Positions 17,386 to 26,370 are shown, numbered from the stretch's first letter. The stretch: 32,000 bases of DNA from Gemmata obscuriglobus (GCF_008065095.1 NZ_CP042911.1:3540001-3572000), one strand, 5' to 3'. The notes: a model not told the origin generated them from the letters alone. Numbers and translations are program-made.

Positions 17386-17874
17386 GTGCAGATCCAATGT
17401 CCGACAAGCGGACTTCACGTTGTCGTTTCCAGTTCCGGTTCGGGTTCCGGTTCCGCCTCGGGTGGGACCATCTGCGTCCGCGGTGTGCTCGTTGTGGGTG
17501 GTGACGATTGCGTGGAGTTGTCGAAGGTGGTTCGCGTTCGGATTCTGTCGGGGCACGTTCCGCCGCCGCCACTTCCGCCGGCCGACCCGTCGCAACCGGG
17601 AGATGTCAACGTTACACCGGTTGATAATAATTGGTGCGCGCACAACGTACCGGTGCCGGGATCGAGTCCCGATGGGGTTCCGCTGACCGCCGTTGCGTGG
17701 CTCTGGAACGGAGTGCAATGGCTCGCACCGTGCAGCGAGCCGTTCTACGCGGGCGGCACGGGCGCGGTCGACTGTTGCGCCGGGTGCCTGCCGGGAGGTG
17801 GAACAGGAGCGGCTGATCGGACGGTCGCGTTCGATGCGTGGCCGCCCCCGCCGCCCCCACTCCCCACGCTCTGA
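17386..17874 (+). CDS. Orphan Cys/Pro/Gly-rich hypothetical protein
   Basis: Frame of ORF 17290..17874. I prefer GTG 17386, preceded by a G-run at 17376-17381. The peptide has a Ser/Gly linker (SSSGSGSGSASGG), two poly-Pro tracts (PPPPLPP, PPPPPPLPTL) and 9 Cys including CCAGC. Third-position GC is visibly lower than in neighbouring genes. It ends 36 nt before the glycosyltransferase fusion. No recognisable family or signal peptide. Confidence 0.5.
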   Translation: MQIQCPTSGLHVVVSSSGSGSGSASGGTICVRGVLVVGGDDCVELSKVVRVRILSGHVPPPPLPPADPSQPGDVNVTPVDNNWCAHNVPVPGSSPDGVPLTAVAWLWNGVQWLAPCSEPFYAGGTGAVDCCAGCLPGGGTGAADRTVAFDAWPPPPPPLPTL

Positions 17875-17910
17875 TTACGCCGGTTGCCCTCTTTGTTGCC
17901 CGACCACCCG

Positions 17911-19911
17911 ATGCTCACACTGCCCCATTTCGGCCTTTACGTCATTACCTGCCCCGGTCGCGAACGTGTTCTGGCCCAGACGCTCGCGGCGCTCGCCGCC
18001 AGCGACTGGCCCGGCCCGCCGGAGGTGCTGCGGCAACCGGCTGACTGGCCGGTCGGGTGGTCCAGCACGTCCCGGATGTACCGGTCCGCGCTTCAGCGAG
18101 CCTGGGACGACGGGTGCTGGTGGACCGTCCTCCTTGAAGACGATGTCCGCGTCGGTCGCTTCTTCTGGGAAAACCTGACCCGCTGGCACCCGATCACGAC
18201 GGGCCAGCTTCAGTGGGGCAGCCTGTTCATTCCGGACACGATTCAGGACCCGTGGGCGCGGCGGTGCCCGGAACTCGGGTACCGGCTCGCCCGTCCGGCC
18301 CTGGCGAACGGCCCGAACGAGCGGTGGCAGAAGTCCCGGTTGTGGGGCTCACAGGCCTACGTGTTGAGCCGGGGCGCACTGGAGATCATGCTCGACCGCT
18401 GGGACCACCACACCGGCGGGCAGGACGCGCGAGCGCTCGGGGTCGCGAACGGGGCCGGTTGGCCGCTCTGGTACGCCGACCCGTGCCTGGTCGAGCACAC
18501 GCCGCTCATGAGCGCGTTCGGTACGCCGCCGGTGTACGCGCCCGACTTCGATCCCGACTTCCGGTTACCGACTGCCGACAGCAGCACGTACCGACACCCG
18601 GAAGGGGTGCCGGGGTGGTTGACCTATGGCGAAGGCCGCGCCCTTTGGGATCTGGCCCGCGGGAAGCGGGTTCTCGAACTCGGCCGGTTCCGCGGTCGCA
18701 GCACCGTCGCTTTGGCGCAGTCGGCGCGCGAACTGGTGTCGGTCGATTCTCTTGACCCCGCGCCCGCGCTGGACTGGCTCCAGAGGTTCGGTGTGGCCGA
18801 CCGGGTGTCTCTCATCCAAGGGCACTTCGCGGGTGTCGCGTCCGGGCGCGGGCCGTTCGAGATGGTGTTTCTGGACGGGGAGCACGACGCGGCGAACGTC
18901 CGTACCGGTCTTGAGGCCGCGCTGGCCGCGCTCGAACCGGGCGGCGTGCTGGCATGCCACGATTACCCGGACCCGGACTGGCCGGACGTGCGCAAGATCG
19001 TGGACGCGGTTGCGGCCGAGCGCGGGCTCGTGCGGTTCCGGCAAGCGGACTACGTGGCGGCGTTCCGGTACCCGGGGCCGGACGCGCAACGCGCACCCGA
19101 GCCGCTGATTCGGTACGAACGCGGTGCGGCAGACGAAACCGGCTCCGGCATCGTTCCCGGCACGCCCATACCCCGAACCGTGTGGGCGTACTGGGAAGGT
19201 CCGCTCCCGGGTTACATCGATCTCTGCCTACAAACGATCCGCAAGTACAACGCCCGGGTTGAAGTGCTGGACCGCGCCGGGTTCGACGCGCTGCACCGGA
19301 ATGACCGCGACCTGCCCATCGACACGCTCCCGCTGGCACAAAAGGCGGACTTCATCCGCGCGTACCTCCTGAAGCACTACGGCGGTCTGTATGTGGACGC
19401 GGATTGCGTGGTACTACGGAACCTGGATTTCGTGTTCGATGCGGCGGACGCGGCCGGGTTCGTGGGCTACCGCGAACCGCTCGGTTACATGAGCAACAGC
19501 CTGATGGCGGCCGCGCCGGGCGGGGCCGTGATCGACAGCCATTACCGGCAGGTGTGCGACGCCATTCGGTCGCGCCGCCCGCTCGCGTGGCTCGATCTCG
19601 GCTCGGTGCCGCTGGAGCGGTCCGTTGCCGACCACCGCGGGCAGAGCCGGTTGCTCCCGACGGAACTCGTGATGCCGCTGTCGTGGCAGCACAGCGAGCG
19701 CCTGGCGGACCGCCGGTCGGACGAGGAGCATGAGGCGTCGTTTCGCGCGGAGGCCGTGTGCTACATGCTCTCGAACAACACGATCAAGAACCGCCCGGCC
19801 ACGGTCGGCTTGGCGTCGCTGTCGCCCGCCGAACTCCTGGCCGATTCGTACTTCTTGTCGTTTCTCTTCCGCCGGGCCTTTGGGGACGCAACGGCGCGAG
19901 GGCCGCGGTAA
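17911..19911 (+). CDS. Tri-domain fusion enzyme: GT25-like glycosyltransferase + class I SAM-dependent methyltransferase (Methyltransf_24-like) + GT32/Caps_synth-like glycosyltransferase
   Basis: ATG 17911. N-domain: LYVITCPGRERV...VLLEDDV...SQAYVLSRGALEIML (GT25-like). Middle (about 18583-19071): KRVLELGRFRGRSTVALA...MVFLDGEHD...LACHDY (SAM MTase). C-domain (about 19165-19908): VWAYWEG...KADFIRAYLLKHYGGLYVDADCV (GT32 / capsule-synthesis DxD motif). Confidence 0.8.
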   Translation: MLTLPHFGLYVITCPGRERVLAQTLAALAASDWPGPPEVLRQPADWPVGWSSTSRMYRSALQRAWDDGCWWTVLLEDDVRVGRFFWENLTRWHPITTGQLQWGSLFIPDTIQDPWARRCPELGYRLARPALANGPNERWQKSRLWGSQAYVLSRGALEIMLDRWDHHTGGQDARALGVANGAGWPLWYADPCLVEHTPLMSAFGTPPVYAPDFDPDFRLPTADSSTYRHPEGVPGWLTYGEGRALWDLARGKRVLELGRFRGRSTVALAQSARELVSVDSLDPAPALDWLQRFGVADRVSLIQGHFAGVASGRGPFEMVFLDGEHDAANVRTGLEAALAALEPGGVLACHDYPDPDWPDVRKIVDAVAAERGLVRFRQADYVAAFRYPGPDAQRAPEPLIRYERGAADETGSGIVPGTPIPRTVWAYWEGPLPGYIDLCLQTIRKYNARVEVLDRAGFDALHRNDRDLPIDTLPLAQKADFIRAYLLKHYGGLYVDADCVVLRNLDFVFDAADAAGFVGYREPLGYMSNSLMAAAPGGAVIDSHYRQVCDAIRSRRPLAWLDLGSVPLERSVADHRGQSRLLPTELVMPLSWQHSERLADRRSDEEHEASFRAEAVCYMLSNNTIKNRPATVGLASLSPAELLADSYFLSFLFRRAFGDATARGPR

Positions 19912-20020
19912 CGTCGTTCGCGAGCCGGCATTTATTCGGACGATGAGGTTACACACATCTGCCGACGCAGGCGGGTGTAACGCACAACCAACCGGGTTCC
20001 AGTCGTTTCCAGTTCGTGCA

Positions 20021-20278
20021 GCGTGGGTCCGGCCTTCGAGTGTGGTCCGCTCACTCCGTGAGCGGTCGGTCCGCGCGCCCCATTCGCTCCGCGGGTTTTC
20101 GGACCCGTCGTTTTGTGTGACGCGTATCCGATACCCGGAGCGACCGCCAGCGTGGGTCTGGTCTTCGAGTGTGGTCCGCTCACTCCGTGAGCGGTCGATC
20201 CGCGCGTCCCATTCGCTCCGCGGGTTTTCGGACCCGTCGTTTTGTGTGACGCGTATCCGATACCCGGAGCGGCCGCTC
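20021..20278. repeat. Direct tandem repeat, 2 x 129 bp, about 95% identical
   Basis: Unit 1 is 20021-20149 and unit 2 is 20150-20278. They align base for base with about 5 substitutions in the first 125 nt. Each unit carries the hairpin core CCGCTCAC-TCC-GTGAGCGG (20047-20065 and 20176-20194). Intergenic, between convergent genes. Confidence 0.9.
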
Positions 20279-20310
20279 ACGGAGTGAGCGGACCACACTG
20301 GAAGGCCCGG
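20271..20310. repeat. Inverted partial copy of the repeat's 5' segment (candidate terminal inverted repeat of a MITE/REP-like element)
   Basis: CCGCTCACGGAGTGAGCGGACCACACTGGAAGGCC (20273-20307) is the reverse complement of GGCCTTCGAGTGTGGTCCGCTCACTCCGTGAGCGG (20031-20065) with one mismatch, and of the equivalent unit-2 segment with about 3 mismatches. Confidence 0.8.
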
Positions 20311-20347
20311 ACGCGGGTGCGCCGCGCGATCTGGAAACGCCTCGTGC

Positions 20348-21661
20348 TCAAATTTCCGCGAGCGGTTCTTTGGAGTCGCCGAACTCGTTCAGCCGCACGC
20401 CCGCTTTCTCCATCAGCGCGAGGTACAAGCTGCACATCTTCCGGTTCGGTTTCCCGAGGTAGTCGAGGACGCGGCCCGTCTTGATCCGCCCGCCCCCGCG
20501 TCCGACCATCACCACCGGTAACTGGTCGTTGTTGTGGTTGCCCGTCATCATGCTCGAACAAAACAGGATCATGCTGTTGTCGAGGAGCGTCCGCTCGCCC
20601 TCCTGGACCGCGTCGAGTTTTCTGGCGATGTACGCAACCTGCTCGGTGAAGAACTGGTTGACCTTGAGCCAGTCGGCGCCGTCGGTGTGCGACAGGAGGT
20701 GGTGGATCATGTAGTCCACCTTCAGGTGCGGGAACCGCAGCGACGAGTGGTCGTTGTTCAGCTTCAGGGTGCAGACGCGGGTGGTGTCGGTCCGGAACGC
20801 CAGCACCAGGATGTCGCACATGAGCCGCATGTGCTGGTCGATGTCTTGGGGGATGCCGTCGGGCGGGCGCTTCATGTCCGGCTTGTCGAGCGTGGGGCGC
20901 CAGCCCTGGAGCCGCCCGCCCTTACCGGCCTGTTCGATCCGCTGTTCCACCTCGCGCACGGACGACAGGTACTCGTCCAGCCGCCGCCGGTCGGCGGTGC
21001 TCACCTTGTTCTTGTAGCTGGTGGCGTCCTCGCGCACGGCGTCGAGCACGCTCTTATCGGCCCTGCCGACCTCGTCCCGAAACAGCCGGTCGAACGCCAG
21101 CGCCGGGTACAGCTCCAGCGGGGTCGGCGTGGTGGCCGAACTCCACGAAATGTGGGAGCTGTAAATCATCGAGTAGTTCTTGTGGATCGCCGCAATCGAC
21201 GGCTCGGTGCCCAGCACCAGGCTCGGCACCTTCGTCGCGCCCTTGGTTTTCTCGGCGATCACCTGGTCGCAACTGATCCCGGACCGGATCTCGCCGTCGG
21301 GCGCCAGATGCGCGCCGGTCAGCAGGTTGCCCGTCTGACAACTGTGGATGCCGCCGATCAGTGCCTCTTGGTTGTAGAGGCCGCGGAGGAACAGGAGCTT
21401 TTCGCGGTGGGGCTTGAGCGGGTCGAGCACCTTGCCCAGTTCCAGTTGCTTACCTTCTCCCCTGGCCCACCACTCCTTCGAGTGGAACCCGTTGCCAGAG
21501 AACAGTGCGGCGAACCGCACCGGCGCCTCGGACGCCGAATTCTTCGGCTTGTCGTCGCCCCAGACCGGCACCGACTCCAGCCACGGTAGCGCCATCGACA
21601 CCCCGACCCCGCGCAGGAACGTACGGCGTGAAAGGGGGTGTGTCTTTTCGGGGGTGCTCAT
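20348..21661 (-). CDS. DUF1552 domain-containing protein with twin-arginine signal
   Basis: MSTPEKTHPLSRRTFLRGVGVSMALPWLESV is the typical Tat leader and start of the DUF1552 family. It sits immediately downstream of a DUF1592-family gene, the conserved planctomycete pairing. Confidence 0.9.
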   Translation of the reverse strand: MSTPEKTHPLSRRTFLRGVGVSMALPWLESVPVWGDDKPKNSASEAPVRFAALFSGNGFHSKEWWARGEGKQLELGKVLDPLKPHREKLLFLRGLYNQEALIGGIHSCQTGNLLTGAHLAPDGEIRSGISCDQVIAEKTKGATKVPSLVLGTEPSIAAIHKNYSMIYSSHISWSSATTPTPLELYPALAFDRLFRDEVGRADKSVLDAVREDATSYKNKVSTADRRRLDEYLSSVREVEQRIEQAGKGGRLQGWRPTLDKPDMKRPPDGIPQDIDQHMRLMCDILVLAFRTDTTRVCTLKLNNDHSSLRFPHLKVDYMIHHLLSHTDGADWLKVNQFFTEQVAYIARKLDAVQEGERTLLDNSMILFCSSMMTGNHNNDQLPVVMVGRGGGRIKTGRVLDYLGKPNRKMCSLYLALMEKAGVRLNEFGDSKEPLAEI

Positions 21662-21824
21662 TGAATCGGGTCCTCGTCCGGGCGTCTGGGGAGGGGCTGT
21701 TTGCGGCGGGGGGCGAGTTTGGTGCCGGCGCGGCTCTTGAAGGTCGGTTCGAGTCGGAGCGGCTGCTTATTACCATCTGGCGGTCGTTCTGGTAGCTCGG
21801 AGCGGCGGTAACGCGATCCGTGGC

Positions 21825-24800
21825 TCATTCTCCGAATTCGCTGCCGCGCACCGTGCGGAACTGCGGGCTCCGCACGATCGCCTGTACTGCGGCCGTCACC
21901 CGGCCGTCGTTTTTCGCCAATGCGAGAACCATCTCGTCGATCAGTGCTGTATCGGAGAGCGTCACGGAGCGCCCTAAAGCGTACCCGAGGAGCCGCTTGC
22001 AAAACAGTCGCACGACCACATCTTTTTTGTTCGCGAGCAGGTAGCTCCGTAACCCGTTGATGCCTTCGAACTCGGTGCCGTCCTTCAGCTTCGCCCGGGT
22101 GTCGATTGGCAAGCCGCCCAGATCCTTCTCGCGCAGCCGGCCGATGGGGTCGTACCCCTCGAACGCGAACCCGAACGGGTCGATCCGGACGTGGCACACG
22201 GCGCACTCGGGCGCCTTCGCGTGCGCCTCAACGAGTTGCCGCACCGACAGCTTGTTCGCCCCTTCCACCTCCGGCAGTTGCGGGACGTTGGCGGGCGGGC
22301 GCGGGAGCTTTTCACCCAGCAGGGCCTCGACCACCCAGTTGCCGCGCAGCACCGGGCTGGTGCGCGACGCCCCGGATTCTCTCGTCTGCACGCTGGCGAG
22401 CCCGAGGACGCCGCCCCGGCCGTACTTCCGCACGCCGTCTACCTTGCTCCACTGCGGACCCGTAACGCCGGGCACGCCGTAGTGCTTCGCGAGCAGTTCG
22501 TTCAAATAGGTGTGATCCGCATCGAGTACCGATGCGACCGTGCGGTCGTTCTGGAAGAGGTCGAGGAAGAACAGGATCGACTCTTCGTACATCGCCGCCC
22601 GCAACTCGGGTGTGAAGGTCGGGAACAGCTTCTCGTTCTTCTCGTTGTGCTCGTCGAACCCGCGGACGTGGAGCCACTGCGTGCCGAACTCGATCGCCAG
22701 CGCGCGGGTCCGGGCGTCCTCCAGCATCCGTCGCACTTGGCCCGCCAGCACCTGCGGGTCGCGCAACCGGCCCTGGGCCGCGAGGCGACGAAGTTCGGCG
22801 TCGGGCTGCGACGCCCAGAGGAAATAGCTGAGCCGGGTGGCGAGTTCCCAGTCGGTGACGGCGGCGGGCTCTTTGCCCTTCGGGGCCTGCTCGATGCGGA
22901 ACAGGAACCCGGGCGCGACCAGCACCCGCGACACCACCCCGCGGAGCGCCTCTTCGTGCCCCGCGCCCTTGCCCCGGATCGTCTCGTACAGCGCCAGCAG
23001 TTCGGCCTTCTCCTTCTCTTCGAGTGGCCGCCGGTACGCACGCGCCGCGAACTCCAAAAGCGCGGCGAGCTGTTTCGGGGCGGCGGCCGCCTCTTCTGCC
23101 AGGAACTCGTCGGCGTGTCGCTTGAACAGCGGCTTGCGGTCGATGAAGAACTGCTGGAGCGCCTTTGGCGTGTCCTGGGTGGTGTACCCCATGAACTGCG
23201 GCAGGTAGTCGTGTTCCGCGACCGGCTGGCGGCTCACGAACCGCTGGGCCGCCCACATCCGATCGAGGCGGCGCGTCTGATCGTCCGAGAGGAACAGCCG
23301 CGCGAGCGGTTCGTCCTCGCGGTGGAACATCTTCAGCGTGACGACCTCGTCCGTCGGTACCACCTGCGGGAAGCACAGGTACAGCGGGAACACCGCGCGA
23401 AACGCGGCGTGGCCGTCAACGAGTTTCTTGTACGCCGACCCGTTCGGTGAGCCGAGCAGTGGACCTTCCCGCCGCGCGTGCGGCCCCGGACGTGCGGTCC
23501 CGGCGTGGACCCGCACGAGCCGTTCGGCGGCACCGGTTTCGAGCTTCGCGTCAACGACGAACTCGCGGCCGACCAGCAGCGCGGCCGGCAACCGGATCTC
23601 GATCGCCTCATTGGCTTTTGCGACGATCCGGTCCTCGGTGAAGCGTGCCGCTGGCAGCCCGAACACGGTTCCCTTCAGGCGCGGCCGTGTCAGCTTCGCC
23701 ACATCGACGCCGGCGAACAAAGGGCCGTCGGGGCTCACGAGCCGGTCGTAGAGTGCGCGATCCGGGCTCTTCTCATCTGTCGGTCGTGGGCCGCTGAGCA
23801 GCGTTGCCACGTCTTGCGCGAGCGCGGCGGCGTCGGTCTTGCGCGAGGGGGCTGTGACGGTCGCTTTCCAGCGCCCGAGTACCGAGTCGGGCGGGACCGT
23901 CGGCGCGGGGGCGCCGGCCTTCTTCGCCGGTCCGCGCGCGAAGTTCCAGGTGCCGGAGTTGCCATACTTGTCGGCGTGCGGGTTGCCCGCCTGAACGCTC
24001 GCGGCCACGTCCGCGGCCAGATCCCACACGCGGTTCGGTTTCTCCGACTCGGTGATCGTGAGCCACACCTCCGTCATGTCGCAGGTGTGTTCGGCGTTGC
24101 GGGGATCGACCGCAAGAACCACAACGTCGCCCCGCTCGACTTTTGCCGAAAACGCGGGCGGTTTGGCCTCTTGGCCGAGGTCGACGGTCCCTTCACCCAG
24201 GCGCGCGGCCCCCGCGCCGCGGTTGTGATCGAGCCACCAGCTCACGCCGTTCCCGCACGCCGGGTGCGCGTGAGCGACGCGGGCGCGAATCGTCACGTTC
24301 CCGCTGATCGGGCTGTTCCACGCAACCGCAACGAACTCCTGCGGGGTCGGGTGCACGGCGACCGTCCGCGCCGAGACGCGACCCGGAATCTGCTCGGATT
24401 TGTCGGACGAGTTCGCGATCACGATCGGTAGGTCGGTGCCCTTTTTCTTCCAACCGCTGATCGCCGGGCGTTCCGGTGTGGGGCCGGTCTTGTCGTCGAG
24501 TGGCGTGAGCGCGATCGCCGGCCGCGTTGCTTCGCCCGTTCGGGGCGACGGCAGTTGCAGCACCTGCACCCACTGCTTGAGGAAAGCGGGATCGAGGGCC
24601 TCGCGTTTGGCGAGGTCGTCGGGCGACACCTTCGTGTCGCGGGCCAGTTCTGCCGCCGCAGACAGGTACTTCGTACTGTCGGCAAACACCGATGGGTAAT
24701 CGATCTCGAACGCGGCGCCGAAGGCGGCGTAGTCGAGGAGGAGGAGCGGTTGCTTCCCGGGTGCCTCGAACCGCGGTCGCGACCACGCGACCGGCCCGCC

Positions 24801-25979
24801 GGGGCCGTCCTCGGTTGAGGTAAGGTGGAGGACGACTTCCGATTGACCCGGGGCCGGCTTCACTGCGACGCGGAGCGGTACGGTGGCGAGGGCCGGCGGA
24901 TCGACCGGCACCTGCCGGGTCGTACTTTCGGTGTAGCTGCTCCCGTCCGGCGCGCCCCAACTCGCCTGGATGTAGTTCCCGACTTTCACCGTCCGCCACA
25001 GCGCGGACTGCCACGCCGCTACCTGAGCGGTGAGTGCGGGCACGTCCGCTTCGGTTGCGGTGCGCCACTGTGACCGGATCGTGTCGAGCGGCTGGGAGGA
25101 CGTTTTGTCGGTGAGCGCGGACCAGAGAACGCGCAGGTACTTCGCGTTCAGTTTCTCCTTCGCTGCGACTTCCTCGAACTTGCCTGCGCCGAGTGCGTCA
25201 CGGTTCCGAACCGTTGCGAGCAGGTAGGGCTGCACCGGCAGTTTGCCGTCCGCGGGCGCCAGTGTCGCGTAGACCTTGCGCAGTTCGGCGGTCCCTTCGT
25301 CGGTCCAGTCGCGGCGCGTTTTGGCGGGGGAGAACCGGAACCCGTCGGGCAGCAGCACGAGGTGCTCGGCGATCTCCTTCGACGCGTTCAGGTACTTGGT
25401 GAGCAGCGCCGGCGAGACGTCGGTGAGCGCCTCCGCGGCGTTGGTGAACCCCTCGCCCGCGGCGCCGTCCGCGGGGAACTCGCGTGCGGGCCGGAGGTCC
25501 ACGCCCGTAAGGTCGCGGACGGTGTAGTTGTACTCCGCGTTGCTCAAGCGCCGGAGCGGAACGTACCCCGGGTCGCCGGTGCGGGCCTTCGCCTCCGCGT
25601 CGAGAAACCCGCGCACCCACCCGAGCAGTTGCTTCTTCTCCGCGTTGGTGGGTTGCGGTTTCTCTTTCGGTGGCATCTCGCCCGCTTCGACCTGCTCGAT
25701 GACCCCCTGCCACACTTTCGCGTCCTTGCGGACGTCGTCGGCGCTGGCGAAGCGTTCGAGATCGAGGCTCCCCTTCTTGTCCTTCGCGGAGTGACAGTTC
25801 AGGCAGTATTTGGCGAGCAGTGGGCGAACCGCGGCGTAGTCGGCCAACTTCGGTTCCGCCGGCGTCCCCGCGGTTCCGGCCGGTTGGGACTCGCGTGCGA
25901 AGGCCGACACCAGTGCCGCTACCAGTGCCACACCGAGCGCACCGGCCAATCGGGTGCGGAACACGCGTGCTGCCATCAC
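21825..25979 (-). CDS. Large secreted DUF1585/DUF1587/DUF1588/DUF1592/DUF1595-family (planctomycete PSD/PSCyt) protein with two CXXCH motifs
   Basis: Signal peptide (MMAARVFRTRLAGALGVALVAALVSAFA). CLNCH near the N-terminus. RRLSNAEYNYTVRDLTGVD (DUF1587-like). ARAYRRPLEEKE...APGFLFRIE (DUF1595/1592-like). LSYFLWASQPD, RTSPVLRGNWVVEALLG (DUF1588-like). CAVCHVRIDPFGFAFEGYD (DUF1585-like). Confidence 0.9.
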   Translation of the reverse strand: MMAARVFRTRLAGALGVALVAALVSAFARESQPAGTAGTPAEPKLADYAAVRPLLAKYCLNCHSAKDKKGSLDLERFASADDVRKDAKVWQGVIEQVEAGEMPPKEKPQPTNAEKKQLLGWVRGFLDAEAKARTGDPGYVPLRRLSNAEYNYTVRDLTGVDLRPAREFPADGAAGEGFTNAAEALTDVSPALLTKYLNASKEIAEHLVLLPDGFRFSPAKTRRDWTDEGTAELRKVYATLAPADGKLPVQPYLLATVRNRDALGAGKFEEVAAKEKLNAKYLRVLWSALTDKTSSQPLDTIRSQWRTATEADVPALTAQVAAWQSALWRTVKVGNYIQASWGAPDGSSYTESTTRQVPVDPPALATVPLRVAVKPAPGQSEVVLHLTSTEDGPGGPVAWSRPRFEAPGKQPLLLLDYAAFGAAFEIDYPSVFADSTKYLSAAAELARDTKVSPDDLAKREALDPAFLKQWVQVLQLPSPRTGEATRPAIALTPLDDKTGPTPERPAISGWKKKGTDLPIVIANSSDKSEQIPGRVSARTVAVHPTPQEFVAVAWNSPISGNVTIRARVAHAHPACGNGVSWWLDHNRGAGAARLGEGTVDLGQEAKPPAFSAKVERGDVVVLAVDPRNAEHTCDMTEVWLTITESEKPNRVWDLAADVAASVQAGNPHADKYGNSGTWNFARGPAKKAGAPAPTVPPDSVLGRWKATVTAPSRKTDAAALAQDVATLLSGPRPTDEKSPDRALYDRLVSPDGPLFAGVDVAKLTRPRLKGTVFGLPAARFTEDRIVAKANEAIEIRLPAALLVGREFVVDAKLETGAAERLVRVHAGTARPGPHARREGPLLGSPNGSAYKKLVDGHAAFRAVFPLYLCFPQVVPTDEVVTLKMFHREDEPLARLFLSDDQTRRLDRMWAAQRFVSRQPVAEHDYLPQFMGYTTQDTPKALQQFFIDRKPLFKRHADEFLAEEAAAAPKQLAALLEFAARAYRRPLEEKEKAELLALYETIRGKGAGHEEALRGVVSRVLVAPGFLFRIEQAPKGKEPAAVTDWELATRLSYFLWASQPDAELRRLAAQGRLRDPQVLAGQVRRMLEDARTRALAIEFGTQWLHVRGFDEHNEKNEKLFPTFTPELRAAMYEESILFFLDLFQNDRTVASVLDADHTYLNELLAKHYGVPGVTGPQWSKVDGVRKYGRGGVLGLASVQTRESGASRTSPVLRGNWVVEALLGEKLPRPPANVPQLPEVEGANKLSVRQLVEAHAKAPECAVCHVRIDPFGFAFEGYDPIGRLREKDLGGLPIDTRAKLKDGTEFEGINGLRSYLLANKKDVVVRLFCKRLLGYALGRSVTLSDTALIDEMVLALAKNDGRVTAAVQAIVRSPQFRTVRGSEFGE

Positions 25980-26370
25980 TCACTCCCGTGACATTCGATA
26001 TCGGCGTGTCGGATACTGGATGCGGTTACCGGTGCGGCCCTGATCGGCTGCACGGACGGCCGCAATGCGGGTGGGGCTTGTAACCCGCGCGAACGAATGC
26101 GCTCGCGCGGCGGCGGTCTGTTGACACTAAGCTACCTGGAGACGGCGCTGAGTGCGAGCGACATTTTGTCCCGCGGCTTCGACACGTACTTCTACCGGGC
26201 GCGTGGGCACGGACGTTGACTGAGGTGTGGGCCTGGGGCCGCTCGGCGGGGGATCTGGCAGGGGACCGGTCCGCATCCCGTGGATGATCCGGACCGGCGC
26301 TCGGGTTTGGTTGTGTGCGCACCGTCGGCGTGCGGAAACGACGGATACGTTCTCCGTCAGCCGCCGGGCA

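Noticed and set aside
17322-17504. 60-aa ORF (GTG start) with CxxC at both ends (KCGDCG ... RCARCGW) that looks like a small zinc-ribbon protein, overlapping the 5' end of the orphan ORF in another frame
   Set aside because: The two CxxC pairs are about 47 residues apart. The intervening FQFRFGFRFRLGW is just the off-frame reading of the Ser/Gly-repeat codons. Third-position GC is poor and there is no ribosome-binding site. It cannot be fully excluded without Ribo-seq.
19998-20009. 12-nt identity (TCCAGTCGTTTC) between 19998-20009 and 27198-27209, suggesting a dispersed element
   Set aside because: The flanks do not align. A 12-mer match is expected by chance many times when a 32-kb window is compared with itself on both strands.
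19414-20298. 294-aa minus-strand ORF whose translation contains a duplicated peptide (RSGYRIRVTQNDGSENPRSEW... twice)
   Set aside because: The peptide duplication is only the translation of the 129-bp DNA tandem repeat. The ORF also overlaps the 3' end of the glycosyltransferase gene antisense and has no start-site support.
20021-20310. Possibility that the repeats form a CRISPR array
   Set aside because: The units are 129 bp and directly abutting, with no unique spacers. There are only two and a fraction copies and no cas genes in the window.
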